DNA of 61,619 nt, filler included, from Basidioascus undulatus (GCA_000826855.1; 12 parts of 12 records of this genome joined end to end with filler, not necessarily neighbours in it), one strand, 5' to 3'. Counted from the first letter of the whole stretch, positions 26,098-40,540 are shown. Notes: generated by a model not told the origin, from the sequence alone. Program-made: numbers and translations.

Positions 26098-26764
26098 TGC
26101 GGGCTACTTCCTCGCGCTCAATTCAACGATATGTCTGATTAGGAAGCAGCATCAGTAAATCCGTCCCCACCGCCCATCTTGCCTTGCCCTTAGAGGGAGC
26201 CCAACGCCCCCTCCGCGAGATATCAAAACACCCTCTCCCTCCCTCTTCCTTGCCCCGGCTTTCTCCCGTCTCGCACGAGTGTAACTCACGAGGTATGACG
26301 CACTCCTAGGATTCGCGGAGGATGACCAAAGAGCGCAAACGAAGGGGGTTAGCGATGAGAGAGAGGACGATAATAAGGACGATGGTGATGGTGGGAGGAG
26401 GAGGACGCGTTGAGGGCGCGCGAGACGCGTCCGGAGCGTGGGGCGCGACTTTCGAGTTTCGGTGTCCAGACGTCAGACGGATTCTGTTCTCGGTTCGGTT
26501 CGCACAAGCTTTGGATGCATAAAGTTCCTGACTGAGATACCTAAGCCTTAAGTGATTTCTTCCAAAGGTCTCCCCTCGGACACTAGAGAAGAAGACGAGA
26601 TTGAAACAGGTAGTTTGGCGTTCCACCCGCACCTTCCTGAGTGTCCGCTACGAATTCCCCTTCCCCGAAAGCCGCACCTCATCGGGCCGGTCCACCCACT
26701 GCTCTCATCCACATCCTTCCACTTCCACATCCACATCCACCCCATCTAAACCCTTCCAGGCGCC

Positions 26765-27261
26765 ATGGTACCTTCAACCCTTACTCTTTCTCCCTCCACT
26801 CACCCACCTCCTCTCCCCCTTCTCCCCTCCCGCTTCACCTCTCCCAGGCCTCAAAGAGCTGACGCCCCCCCCTACCACCCACACCCGCAGTCCGCGCTCT
26901 TCAACTTCCAGTCCCTCCTCCTCGTCCTCCTCCTCCTCATCTGCACCTGCACCTACGTCCGCGCAACCTTCCCCACCCTCGTCGATCGGAACAAGACGGG
27001 GCTGCTGGGGTGCTTCTATAAGTGCGCTAGGATCGGTGCGTCATCACTCACCTTCCTCCAACTTTCAATCCTTTACTCCCCTCCCCCTCCCCCACCGCTT
27101 CCTTCCTCTCTTCCGCCTTCTTCCTTGTTGTTGTTTTGGGGTGTGTCCCAGAGTGGAGTAGTGGGTTAGCTGACAGGGGGATGCGGGGGACAGGCGAGCG
27201 CCTCAGCCCGTACGTCGCCCTTGCCAGCGTGGTTATGGCGGGGACGATAGTGTGGAAATAG
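26765..27261 (+). CDS. KSH1: protein Kish (TMEM167/Ksh1), 3 coding exons
   Basis: ATG|intron|[24 protein letters not shown]...[16 protein letters not shown]...WK*. Confidence 0.93.
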
Positions 27262-27668
27262 GCTTTGGGGAAGGGGGGACGGGGGTATGGGAAGGAAGCA
27301 GAGCGGAAGGAGGGAGATGGCAGGGGAGACCAGGGCTATGGAGAGGGAGGGGGCTGTTGTACCACCACGCATTTCTACGCACGCACGCACGCATGTCACG
27401 CACTATTTCAAGGTCTCGCGGGTCCACATTTTGTTTCTTTTTCACCACAATGACGAGCCCTCGACACTCGAATCCAGTTACGACCTCAGAGTCATGCTGC
27501 TCTGCCCAGCTGTCTAACAGCCTGCCTTGCGTCCGTCAAGTCACCCAATCGGTAGCCCATTTGGATCTNNNNNNNNNNNNNNNNNNNNNNNNNNNNNNNN
27601 NNNNNNNNNNNNTTAATTAATTAANNNNNNNNNNNNNNNNNNNNNNNNNNNNNNNNNNNNNNNNNNNN

Positions 27669-28171
27669 ACTCGGGCGCATCGCCACCGCCCGCACAGACG
27701 GACCTCCTTCCCACACCGGGGGAGCAGCACTTCGCCTCACCCCCGCCCCCCGCCGAGCCGCCCCACAGGCTCTCGAACGACTCGGGCGCATCGCCACCGC
27801 CCGCACAGACGGACCTCCCTCTCACTGTCGCGGAGACCGGCGCACCCGTCAAGGGCGGTGGGCCCAAGTCGGGGTCCCTCGCTCAGCCCCAGTCCCAGCA
27901 GCAGCAGGGGAGGTTCGTAGCGCCCCCGCCGCCTGGCGCTGCTGCTGGGTCGTCTGCACCCGCCCCTGCCCCGGCGCACGAGGGAGAGGGATTCCCCCTC
28001 TCCACTGCTGCGCAGCGCAAGGCGGACGAGGCAGCGGAGGAGCGCCGCCAGGCGCAGGCGAGCGCGGAGGGACACGTCTTTGCCGACCAGCCCCCGCCCG
28101 GGTACTCGCCGGCTGATGCGGCGAACGCCCCGCCCGCGGCGGGAGATGCGAAGGAGCCGGACTTGAAGTGA
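27669..28171 (+). CDS. 3' end of a Pro/Ala-rich protein (TVAETG motif; possibly a Pil1/eisosome-like tail)
   Basis: Open frame to TGA 28169-28171. Internal ~39-nt direct repeat at 27669 and 27780 (SGASPPPAQTDL twice). Family assignment is from memory only. Confidence 0.5.
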
Positions 28172-28659
28172 GAGAAGGGCGAGGGATGAGGTGGGGGCCA
28201 GATGAGATGGGAGAATGATACCTGTTTGATGAGGTCGATGCTATGATGATTTGATGATGAGTTGATGAAGATTTGATGAATGTTGTGTCCGAGAATGTGC
28301 CGTGCGGATGCTGGTCCGTGTGCACTGTGCTTGCGTGGGTTGGCGACACGTTGTTGGACTGCATCTTGCTGCTTAGGGGGAGGTTTGGAGGATGGAAGTG
28401 GGAGGAGGATGCGAAGACGTTCGACTTGCGACTTGCCTCTCAAGAGTAGGCGCTGCACTGCGGGGACTGTCGTTGGGCTCGCAGGGAGTCTCGCTCGACG
28501 AGCAGCAATCGCAAATCTGTGTGGGACGGAAAGCTCAGGAAGCTCCAAGAATTTCTGTCACCATTTCATGATCCGCCGGCAGAAACGGAAGCCTGTTGGT
28601 CCTAAAACGACCAAGCTGTGGGTCGTTCCTTCTGTCACCCGCTACCGCGTGCTGTTCAC

Positions 28660-29948
28660 ATGTTGGGAGCTGTACAGGTAATCTCAACCGGAGTCCCTTT
28701 TGATCTCCGACCCCACCTCGCACTCGCACCGCTCATTATTCCAACGACCCTCTCATTCCTCTCGCTCACTCTCCCGCCCTCCTCCTCACCTCTGCGGCTC
28801 TCTCGAACGGTCTTCCTCCCCCTCATCCTCCTCAGCACCTACTACGCATATCGCGTATGTCAGCAGCTCCCATCGCCGTTCGAGCGCTGGAACTACCCCG
28901 GCATGCTACTGCCTTTCGCCCTGCGCGCCGTGGACGCGTTCCTTCTCTCTGGCGATCCGCACGCGACGTTTGTCCGTGATGGACAGGCCAAGGACGAGCT
29001 GTCTACCTGGGCAGGGAGGGCTGTATGGTCCGGACGCTTTTGGGCAACCTGCCGAGGCATCGGCTGGAACTGGTTCGCCGCCCTTTTCTTACGAATCCAA
29101 AAGGCGCTGACTGATCTCCTCTCGAAGGCGTGTGAATGGCGTCCCCCGCCCGTCAACCCTCTCGGCCCGCGTCTTCGTCATCCACGAGCTCTTCCGCTAT
29201 GCCGTCTGCGCATTCGTCCTCGAAGCTCTGCACAAGCTCTTCCACACCGTCCCGTACCTGAGCCTTCAATCGACGACGCCTCTCACCCTCGCCGTCCGGC
29301 TCTTTCTGTCTTCCATCTTCGCCACTCGAATCGTGCTCTCCTCTGCCGTCTCCTATTCGATCGCATCGGCCGTGAGCTCTGCATCATTGCGCCTGAACAG
29401 GTCGTCGCTGACATCCCCTCGCGCAGTTCTTTGTCGCCGTCGGCGAAGCGCGGCCGGAAGACTGTCCGGACCTCATAGGCGATGTGACCGAAGCGTGGTG
29501 TCTCCGCCGGTTCTGGGCGCTCGTCTGGCACTCGCTTTGGAAGCGCCCGTTCACCGCTTTGCCGCAAAGCCTATTCGCGAGCCTGGGATGGAATTCGCGC
29601 GACTCCTGGCCGTTGACCTTCCTGGTGACGGGCTGCGTGCGGTCTTCCTTTAAACTACTTGTCCCTTACCTGCTACTGACTGGCCTGCTGAAAGCGCAGT
29701 ATCATGCCTTGATGGACTATGCCCTTGACCCCTCCCTCGGGCTCGGATCGCTCCTTTTCTTCTCCCTCCAGCCGCTCGGGATCAAATTGGAGAAGACGGT
29801 CGGGATCAAGAAAGGGCCGCTCGGCTACCTCTGGGTCGCGTCCTGGCTCCTCGTCACCGCATCTCCCGTCGCCAGCGATCTCTTCCGCGCGGGGCTGTTT
29901 CACGTCAAGTCTTCGCCAGCATCGGCTGTGTTCGCGTGTGTGTTCTAG
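28660..29948 (+). CDS. membrane-bound O-acyltransferase (MBOAT_2, wax synthase/Tri7-like)
   Basis: RGIGWNW, LRRFWALVWHSLWKRP, FLVTG-YH, FFSLQPLGIKLE, GYLWV; many TM segments. Confidence 0.88.
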
Positions 29949-30527
29949 AGGTGAGGCTCGAACGTACAAGATGTCTTGCTTTGCGCGCATGGGAGCTGAC
30001 GCTCTGCATGCGTTTGTGTCGAAGGGATACGTGCAATAGATTAGATCCATTGGCGGCGCGTTTTGCTTGGAAAAAGCGCTCCGAGGTTGAAGAAATAATT
30101 CGATGCAGATCCGGCATTTGCACGTTTCCTTCGCAACGGCCGCGAAGTCCTCAATTTGGGATATACACCCGAATGCCTAACATTACCTTAGAAGCGGTCC
30201 ATCTTCGAGGAAGTTGTCTCGTAAGCGAATAACCGAGTCGCAGTCATCGACGGCTTGGTGGCTGTGCGCAGCTGCCATTATTTGGCGTGCTGCACGGAAG
30301 ACCGACCCTTCTTGAAAATTGTACTTTCGTACGGCAGTGCAACAGATTCGCAACAACACTGATGCCAAGAAGGTTCACCCCCATTTTTCTTTCCCAAGCG
30401 CCGTCATGCAGTGCCTCTAACAGAACCACTCGCCAATGCGAGTTTGAGCGGAGACGAAATCATGCCTGTCCTGATCCCCTCTTACAAGCCCACGGATGCC
30501 TCCCAACTCTCTTCTTCAACCCCCGAC

Positions 30528-30987
30528 CTAGTCCCGCACGCTCTTGTTCCCCCAGCTCAACCAATCCCTCGCAAGGCGCTCGGCGCGCATGCGGACGCCC
30601 TCGAAGTCGTCCACAGCTGGCCGTACGTCGAGGTAGAAGGACGGGACGTATGATGCGGAGTGCAAGGGGTTGGTAGACACGCCCGGTGTCGACGGCGGCA
30701 CGGGTGTGCGGCCGGAGTAAAAGTCGATCACGTAGCGGATCTGACGCCCGCAGCGATCGACGACCCAGTCGTGGCGGTCAAAAGGTGGAGAGTATCTGCG
30801 ACGTTCCGCCCACCCAGTCTTTCAGACTCTTCATCACGGAAGATATTGTGTGGGACAGTAGACTCACCCCAAAGCGACCTTTACCCAAGCCTTCGGCGTC
30901 CTGTCCTTCGGCCGCCCCTGGAAGCTCGCCAGCCTCGGCCCACCGCACTGGTCGCCTCCTTGACCCTCCTCCCACTCTAGGATCTGC
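30528..30987 (-). CDS. holocytochrome c/c1 synthase (heme lyase), 3' part
   Basis: ILEWE...[49 protein letters not shown]. Confidence 0.95.
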
Positions 30988-32102
30988 NNNNNNNNNNNNN
31001 NNNNNNNNNNNNNNNNNNNNNNNNNNNNNNNTTAATTAATTAANNNNNNNNNNNNNNNNNNNNNNNNNNNNNNNNNNNNNNNNNNNNCGGTTCTGAAGTA
31101 CTGGGAGAATTATGAAAAGCGCTGTCAGTACAGTACAGACAGGCGTGCATGTGGGGACGTGGTTGATCAAGGGGCGTACATGGCGTCTCAAGAGCTTCAA
31201 AACTCGTCGGTAAACTTGAGCCTCTCGCTTGTTTCGACCGCCGGCCCAACAGCCCACTCCCTCTCTATGTCCTCCTGAAGCCGGCCAGACGCAGTCTCGC
31301 TGGGCGTCAACAGCCTGGACCTCTGACGGCGAGCGTCATGGAGACGGCTGCGGCGTAAGAAAGGGGCTGGGAACGGGAGACGGGCGCGAGGGTGGGAGGA
31401 CCGGGAGACAGCATGGGCAACGGCGGCGGCTTCGAGCGCTGAAGCAGCCCGAGCCTGCTCTTTGCGCCTGCGTGTCCTCTGATTAGGCATTACTCCTACT
31501 TGGCGGCGAGGAAGGGCGGTTGAGAGAAGTATGGGAGACAGTGGTGGGAGCGGCGATCGAGAACGAACGTGAGAGATCGACCAAGTCAGCTGTGTGAATG
31601 GGGGGTTTTAGTTCGGGAAGCAGTGTTAGTGGTCTTGCAAAGCAGAAAGCAACGATGAGAGGAGCTCGGAGGAGTACAAGAGTCTTCGGTTCCGGTTCAA
31701 CTTTAAGCGTGTGATTCAGACCAACGCTGGAAGTGATTGAACAAGATTGAACTTATCAAACATTACCTGTGAGTTTGCCTCCAAAGTCTAGTCAACGAGC
31801 ACGTACGGTGTAGGCCGGCGTTGGCATTTCCAGCGACAGTGTTCCAGACGCGAAAGCGGGACGTGGTGATGTTTTGTTCCGGGAGTAGGTCAGCTCGTCT
31901 TGAAGGAACGGATCAGGGAGAAAAACTTTGGGGGGGGGGGTTCATAGTCATGCAGGAGGTTGAACTGGATCAGGTATTTGGGCTAAGCGGTCATCGCACA
32001 GGGCAGTATCGGCACTGACGGCCTCTAAAAATCTTTAGGGGGACAAGAAGTTTTGTATCACGTTCCCAGAACAATGCATTCCCAACCGGTATCACCTCCC
32101 AG

Positions 32103-32636
32103 CTAGCCCACCTTCCTGATCCCCGAGACCGGCCACAACAGCTCGTGAACCCCAACCACCAAGCGGTCCATCCTCTCGTACCACTCGTCTTGCTTGGCTA
32201 ACGTTTTTTGGAGGGCCCAAAGCTGCTCGTCGATTTTGGCGGAAGACATTTCTAGCACCCGCAGCTGCTCCTCTCGCTCTGCCGACCGCTCTTCAAGCCG
32301 GCACACACGGGCGAAGAGCTTTTCGAGCCTGGCGCAGGCGGTGGTACGTGCGATAACGCCTCGATCAGGGAACGCGGGGTGCTTTGGAGGTGGGGTGGGG
32401 CGGGTGGCGACGGAGGGACGCGGCAGTGTGTATGGAAGCATGCGCAAGTGAATGGTGAGGCTTTGCGTGCGGCTATGGCGCGGGTACGCTCCCTGCGTCC
32501 GAGACGCTTCTTGCGTATGGCCATGGAACCGTAAGGAAATAGAGGAATATGCGCTCTGGTAGGAGCGGAAGTCCCGTTGAGGAGGTGTGCGTGCGGCATC
32601 AGGCTGCGATGAGGGGCTGAGTCGCCCGCGTTGCAC
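32103..32636 (-). CDS. hypothetical protein with C-terminal coiled coil
   Basis: 177-aa ORF containing RLEERSAEREEQLRVLEMSSAKIDEQLWALQKTL; no family recognised. Confidence 0.3.
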   Translation of the reverse strand: MQRGRLSPSSQPDAARTPPQRDFRSYQSAYSSISLRFHGHTQEASRTQGAYPRHSRTQSLTIHLRMLPYTLPRPSVATRPTPPPKHPAFPDRGVIARTTACARLEKLFARVCRLEERSAEREEQLRVLEMSSAKIDEQLWALQKTLAKQDEWYERMDRLVVGVHELLWPVSGIRKVG

Positions 32637-33246
32637 GCCTGCGGTTCCGGCTCGTCGCTAGTCATGTTGTTTTAGAGAGCGGAAGAGATGGACTTTTTTA
32701 TTCGTTGTAATCAAATCTTTATTGTGCGCAGGAGCACAATGATCTGTTCGACGGTGGATAACACGAGTGTGGCTATTTGCCATGGCTTGTTGAACTGCAC
32801 TGCAGCAAACAGAGGTTGCCCCATGAACTGTCAGTCCACCATCATGCTAATTTACCCAGTTTTTTAGGAACATGAAGGCTTCATGTCGATTCTGTCGTCG
32901 GGGCCCGGGCTCATTTCCGACATTATGAAACGGCGGCGCTGTGTTGCAGAGGCTGCAGCAGTCATGCTTGTATCGGGCTCGAGCCAGCCTCGCTTAAGGT
33001 TCTTTTCTCCTTTCATAAACAGCAGGGAGGAAGGTGTTTCGATACAGACTGACAAAACGGTTTCTGAAGCCAGAGCAATCTCCACGCTTCCGCTTCACGC
33101 TCACACTCATGGCCATGATTACGTAACCACAGCGCGACTTGACCAGACGCGACCTGGGCGCGTGTTCCCCTTCCCTGTCCGCTCTCATTCACCTACTCGC
33201 TCCTTTTCACCCTTTTATCCTCCAAGAGCAGAAGGGGGCCCCAAGC

Positions 33247-34403
33247 AGTGCGTCTTCCCTTCCCTTTCCCTCCCTCCGGCAGACTGAACCCCCCTTCGCC
33301 CGCTAGTGCTGGCCGAGGTCCTCCTCCTGCTCTCCGGGCACCCTTCCTCTCTCTTCCTCCCCTCGCCCGCGCCTCCCTCGCCCCCAAAAACCCTCTTACT
33401 CTCCCCACACTTCCCGCACCTCCACCCCGGCGAGCGCGCCACGCTCAACGCGCTCGCGCACCTCGCGTTCCTGTACGCCCGCGCGCGGGGGTTCGCACAG
33501 CGCGTGCTGGCGCGGTCGCGCGCGGGGGTGTTGCAGCCTTCGAAGACGCGGGGAGCGAGAGAGGGGGATGAGTATACGGTGGCTGTGGCGGCGGAGGTCT
33601 TGCGCCAGCTAAGGGCGTGGGAGGAGCTGGTGGTCCGGACGGAGGCGCGCGTGCTGAAGCGGGATGTGGAGCTCGTCGCGGAGGGGGCGGTCGTACCGCT
33701 CTCGAGCCTCCTCGCGATCTTCAGCGGGTGGGAAGCGCCCCTCACCGCGCTTAACGCGCTCATCGACAAGCTCATCCTCGGCCCTTCCCCCTCCGCACCG
33801 ACCGACACCCCACCACCGGACCCGGACAAGGACCTCCCCCCGCCCTGGCCGCCGGGGCCGCTCATCGACCTCCTCTCCTCGCACGCTGCCACAGGCGTCG
33901 CGTCCACCTCCGCGCTCTTCACAGCCCTCTCGCACGCTGCGCAGGCCCTCCTAGCCCGACACCTCACCGCGCTCCTCACCTCCCCGTCGCCCACCTCTCC
34001 TCTCCTTCTCCCCTCTTCCCCAACCACCTCCTCCTCCGCCTCCACCTCCCCCGAGCTGAACCCCATCCACCTCCCTTCCTCCATCCCCCCCCAAACGCGC
34101 GCCTCAATCCTCTACGTCGCCCGTGCGCTCCTGACGCTCCGTGCCGGGGGGCGGAGCCTCCCGCGGGAGATGACGCGCCGGCATGGGGAGGTGCTGCGCG
34201 CGCTGGGGGGGAGAGTGGAGGACCGAATTGGGCTGGCGAAGGCAGTTGAGGGAGTGAGGGAGGAGGTCGGGCAGTGGGTGTGGGAAAACGTCTTGACGCT
34301 GGGGATGGTCCGCGAGGCTTTCACGGGACTGTGGGTCGCCCCCTCTTCCCCCTTTCCTTCCCCCTCCTTCTTCCTTCTCCCTTTCGTATTAATCTCTCAG
34401 ATA
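33247..34403 (+). CDS. gamma-tubulin complex component (GCP4/Gfh1-like, Spc97/Spc98 family), 5' part
   Basis: MLAEVLLLLSGHPSSLF...HPGERATLNAL...VVPLSSLLAIFSGWEAPL. Start codon assembled as A|TG across intron 33248-33306. Confidence 0.85.
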
Positions 34404-34503
34404 NNNNNNNNNNNNNNNNNNNNNNNNNNNNNNNNNNNNNNNNNNNNTTAATTAATTAANNNNNNNNNNNNNNNNNNNNNNNNNNNNNNNNNNNNNNNNN
34501 NNN

Positions 34504-34841
<338 letters not shown>

Positions 34842-35611
34842 TGTGATAGAGTGTTTGAGAGTTGTTGAGATGGGTGGGTGTGAGAATGCGAGTGCGAGTG
34901 GGGATGCAAGTGCCAAGTGCGAGGAAGTCAACCGCGAAGATCCGCCTCTTGTACTTCCGCGCTGCCCCACCGGCAATCGCAATCAGAGGACACTTGTTTG
35001 ATCCATGCCCGTAATTGCGCCGGCGGATCAGATCAGAGTCGAGCGCCTGTGTGATTGCGAGTGTATGCTAGGGTAAGGCGCAGAGAAAAACACGTAGACA
35101 AGAAATAATAAGGCGCGTTTGGACCTCGACGCGTGGAGACCTGCACACGCGTCCACAGGCAGTTTCTCGCTGATGCCTTGCGTATTTTCATAGTTACATC
35201 GCAGCGGCTCATATTGTGCAATAAAACTACTAACTTCAATTTCTCTGGGCACCCGGTAAGCGCGAGAAACAAGCGAAGGAAAGCAGTGATCAAGCAGTAC
35301 ATCGAAAGTCGAGCCAACTTGATCCGCCTTCGCCAGGCACGCAGCGTCTTCTTCTAGCGTACCCTCGCTCTGATTGGCCAGCTTCGCATCATTCAAAGGA
35401 ATTGATTGCTCAAGTCCGATGCGTGGCGCAGCTGATCCCCTGAGCCGCGCGGCCCTCGAAATAATACAAAAAAGCGGGCAGCTTCTTCGCCACTCATCTC
35501 CACCTCCCATCACCTTCTCCACTCGCACAAACTCAGACTTCGGTCTTTGCCTCGCATACACCCCACTCTCCCCACTCTCCCCACTCCCCAAACAAAACTT
35601 TACTTACACAT

Positions 35612-36040
<429 letters not shown>

Positions 36041-38203
36041 ACGCGTACTGCATCGCGGTTGTTGGTCTGTATATTCGCATGATGTATTACTAGCTTAATG
36101 AGCCATCGAAAGCGCTTCGTGGTTTACTTCGAGCGTGCTTGCTTGCTCGGTCTCACGAGCTACCCGTTGGAAGTACATGTCTCCCTCAGACTAGTCGATC
36201 TACAAGGGAGTAGCCGTTTGTGAGGCTTTGATGAGTGCTTTGAACTGAGCAGAGTTTGGCAGAGAAAGTCAAAACGATTCCTGTACCGGCTGCATGGCCA
36301 AGACCCCGAGCCCGGAGACCTTCGTCCCGCAGTCGTCACCCACTCCCCCGACCGCCTCTTCCTCCGCCCGAGCGAGCTGGGACGCGCTGTACAGCACGTT
36401 AGCACGCACGAGCAGTCGCTTCGCTCTATGCCATTGTATCCCTCTTTCGACCCGCTCTGGGTCGGATGGAACACCATGCGCCGATTCCGAGGATAACATT
36501 CATCACCCTCAAGCCGGACGCATCTTTCTTCAATATGGCCGCTTATCGAGCCTTGGAATTGGATCCAAACCGCGAAGCAAGCTGCTTTACCGGCCAACCC
36601 CGTGAGAAGACTGCAATTTCACCCTCTATCTGAACGAGAGAAACTCCCTTTACAGGCGGAATCTATCACGCGCAGATGTCGGCGGAGATGCTTGTTCCCG
36701 GGCGAGTGCCGAAGGAATGCATCGTTCGCACTTTGACGGTGCAAGCCATTCTCTACCGACTTGCATCGCGTCTTTACACCCCGCCGCGCGAGGACATTCT
36801 CTTCTTCAATGACCGTTGCGGTTACCGCATTTTTGCCAGCCGCGTATACGACCTTTTGAAAGATATATACCCTCGAAGTGTGTAATGACCTTTCTGCGAA
36901 CATGGAGTGACGCTGAACGGACCATGGGCAGACCACCGCGTCTCTTACACGGACGTCGGACAACGAGCTCGTCAAAGCGTCACTTCTTCCACTACGTCAC
37001 ATGCTGCGAGTTCTACAGTTCCGCTTTATGAACATGGCTGATTTCGGATAAAGGCTAGATCTGCCGAGTGGTCATGGATGGGTGCTGTCCTGGGTGGATA
37101 TGAGCGATGAAGCTCTTCGGGGGTTCGGTCTCTTCGACACCCCGTCCAACAACCTCAGCGAACTTAATTGAAGGAAGTGACGTGGGAAATGCAACGGATA
37201 CTCTTGGAGCACTTTGGACGTTGATCTTCTGCATGAACTTGCCGCTTCACTTGGCGGCGAGACGCCTGGGTTCCGGGACAACATTGTTGTACCAACCATA
37301 GTTCGGCCTCCGACTTTAGGTTCCCTCAGTATGAAAGTGAGTTCCAAGTCACTCCTTCAGGCATAAATGCTACCCCCCTGATAGCAGGCCTTCGAGGCGG
37401 ATGCAATTCATCAGCCCCTCATCAGTCGACCCTTTCCAAATTTGCCATGCAATGAGTTTTGCTTTTCGGGGGTGATTCGACAAAATTCTTAACGTACTCC
37501 TAAGTAGTTCCACGGGGGGCTCAATGTTGTGTGCTCAACCTTGCGTGCTGCAACAGTCGTTTCAGTTTGTTTCTTAACAATGTCTGCATTGTGAATGCTT
37601 CATCCGCTCCGAATAAGATTTCCACTACTCTTGATGTTTATGTAACATCTTTTCAACGCCTTAGTACCGATGCCGTAGACTGTCAGCGCTGTGACTTTCC
37701 CTCGTTATCGGTCTGGCCGGTGTTATCTGTCCAGCTCATAACGAAACTGACACCCGGCCCTCCTCCCGGCTTGTCCATCGACCATGACCGCCTTCTAGAA
37801 CCCGACAACGTTCGACACGNNNNNNNNNNNNNNNNNNNNNNNNNNNNNNNNNNNNNNNNNNNNTTAATTAATTAANNNNNNNNNNNNNNNNNNNNNNNNN
37901 NNNNNNNNNNNNNNNNNNNAGGAGGGGGAGAAGGAGAGGCTGGAGAGGGAGGAGAGGGAGAGTGGGATACGAAGGGGGAGGTGAGGAGAAGGCGCGACCT
38001 GCAGGATGAGCGCGGTGAGCGGTGTGCGAGGGAGGGCGCGAGTGGTTGACCGGCAGTCTACGCCCACTCACCCGTATTTTATCCGCGGGTGTCCGTCCCT
38101 CACTTCCCCCGCCGCCGGCCGAGCATGCTCGCCTGGTCTCCAGCACATCCATACACCGCATCTTGCTCATCGTCCTCCCCATCGCTCCTCCCCACCTCCG
38201 ACG

Positions 38204-40540
38204 ATGTTCGACCCCCTCTCCGCGCCCACCTCGCAGCCCATCATGCGCTCCTCGTTCGAGCAGCCCGACGCGCCCTCCTCACCCTCACCCTGGGGCGACT
38301 CCCCCTCGCGCGCACCCATCCCTCGCACCCACACCCAGTCCCCGGCGCAGGCGAACAGGGACAAGCCCCTCCCGGACCCAGCTGCGGTGCGGCCGCCCCA
38401 GATCTACGGGCGACCAGAGCCCAGCCTTGTTAGCCCCTCGGCGAAGGGCGCGGAGGGGGACAGGGCGGGGCATCTGTTCTTGAGGGTTCGGATTACGGGG
38501 GTGTCGAAGAGTACGTCCGGGTGGCGCTTGGGAGGAGAGGGGGCGTGGGCTGATTATGCGTGGCTGGGGAAGATCGGAGAGACTATAGCCTTTCCTTCGA
38601 CATCAACGTGAGTCCTCCCTCCTTCTCAGACAAGAACGAAAGCCAGGGCTGACACCCCACCCACCCGCAGACGAACCTCCCCCACTACCGCACCTTCACC
38701 TACCGCGGCATCACGCGGACCTACGCGGAATTCACGCGCCTGGCCGAGCAGCTCGCGCTCGCCAACCCGCAGACGATCGTCCCTGCCCTGCCGTACTGCC
38801 AGACGTCCGCCCCGACCGACGAGGAGGACGACCGGCTCGTGCGCCTCAATCTGCAGCGCTGGTTCTCCCGCGTGTGCGACGACGCTGTGCTGCGCACGGA
38901 CGAGGAGACGAGGAGCTTTGTGGAGTCGGACTTTGGGGTGCGGCATGTTTTCACTTCTTCCTCCTCCTCTTTCTTCCCCTTTCTTTTCCTCTGTCTCTTT
39001 CTCTTTTGCTTGGCAGGCTGGGACTGACGGTCGCTCGGAACGCAGTATCAACCCATCGTCCGCGCCAAACGGCGCACGGGGAGCTCCTTCAAGCTCTCCC
39101 TGTCGCGGGGCCCGCCAGACGACGACCGCGAGCTTGCCGACGGGCGGTACGAGGTGGCGAAGCTCGAGGAGGAGTTTGAGAAGGTCGGGCGCGCGGTGGA
39201 GAAGGTCTCCAAAGCACGGCGGGGTGCGTTTGTCTCTTTTCTCCCTGCTCTTTAGCTTCTAGCTTTGCTTGGCATGGAGATGGTGTGCGGCTGATTGGAA
39301 GGGGTGTGGGGCATCAGGACTCGCCACGGCGAATACCGAGCTGGGCGGGAAGCTCATCAATGTCGCGAGCGCGGAGGCGCACCCGCCGCTTGGGAATGCG
39401 CTTCGCAAGATGGGACGGGCAGTGCAGAACGTGGCGGATTTGGAGCAGGCTCATGTACGCTCCCACCTCATCCCCGTCCCCCGGCTCTAGTTCCCGTGCT
39501 GAAATCAAATGGGCTCGCCGATCAGGCTGCAAGCGAGCTTGTCACCCTCTTCGACACGCTCATCTACCAGTCTATGAACGCGCGGGCCGCCAAGGTCCGT
39601 CCCTCTCTTTCTCCCTCCCCCCGCGCACAAATCGAACGTTAAAATTTGTTGGGCCCGTAGGACACACTCATCCAGCGCACGCAAGTCCTCGAGGAGTACC
39701 AGAGCGCAGTGAAGAGCACGATCGGCAAGCGGCGTAACATGGAGCGCCTCAAGGGCAGCTCGAGCATCCGCCCCGACAAGGTCGACGATGCGCTGCACGA
39801 GCTGGAAGAGGCGTGTCCCTCCACCCCCTTCCCACCCCTTCTTCCTTCCTTCTGCCTTCCTTCGTTCCTTCGTTCCTTCGTTGTGCTGACGCGGGAGGCG
39901 GGGGGCTCGCGAACAGGCAAACAAGTACGAGCAGCAGCTCGCTCAGAAGGTGGCGGGCATGTCCCAGAACTTGCATGGCGCGCTGGCCGTGCACTCGCGC
40001 AATGCGCATGACGATCTGCACATGGTTCGCTTCCCTCCTTCCCATGCTCCATCCCTCCCTTTGGTCTGTCTGACACACCTCTAGGCCCTGCTCGAGAACG
40101 CCCGCGGCGCAATCATCTATGAGCGCCACGCGCTCAAAGAGCTGGAGTCCCTGCGGTCCGACATCCGGTCCATCTCCGCTCCTCCCACCCTCGCCCCCTC
40201 TCCCAACCCCACTCTCACTCCCCCTCTCGCCGGCCCGAGCTCCAACGGCGCCCTTTCCCCCCAGCCCCCTCCCGCCCCCTCCGCACCCGCCAGCCCCGCC
40301 CCGGCGCCTCGGCGGCGGGCGTCCAACGACTCCCTCTCCCCAGCAGACCCGCTTCTCGGGCGCGCGACACGGAGCATGTACCTCCCGCATGCGAGGGCCG
40401 CAAGCGAGGACCCCCGCGCCGCTGCGGGGAGGATGGATCCGCGCGCGAGGGTGAACACGCTGGCGAGGAGCGTCCATGTGGAGGGCGCGAATCGCGTTAG
40501 TGCGCGGGAGGCGGCGAGCAAATTGGCTAATATGTTCTGA
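38204..40540 (+). CDS. VPS17: retromer PX-BAR sorting nexin Vps17, multi-exon
   Basis: FLRVRITG, TNLP.YR, ANPQTIVPALP..TSAPTDEEDDRL, FVESDFGYQP, RLKGSSSIRPDKVDDAL, C-terminal AREAASKLANMF*. Confidence 0.93.

Noticed and set aside
31197..31490. 97-aa ATG ORF on the - strand
   Set aside because: No family motif; insufficient evidence.
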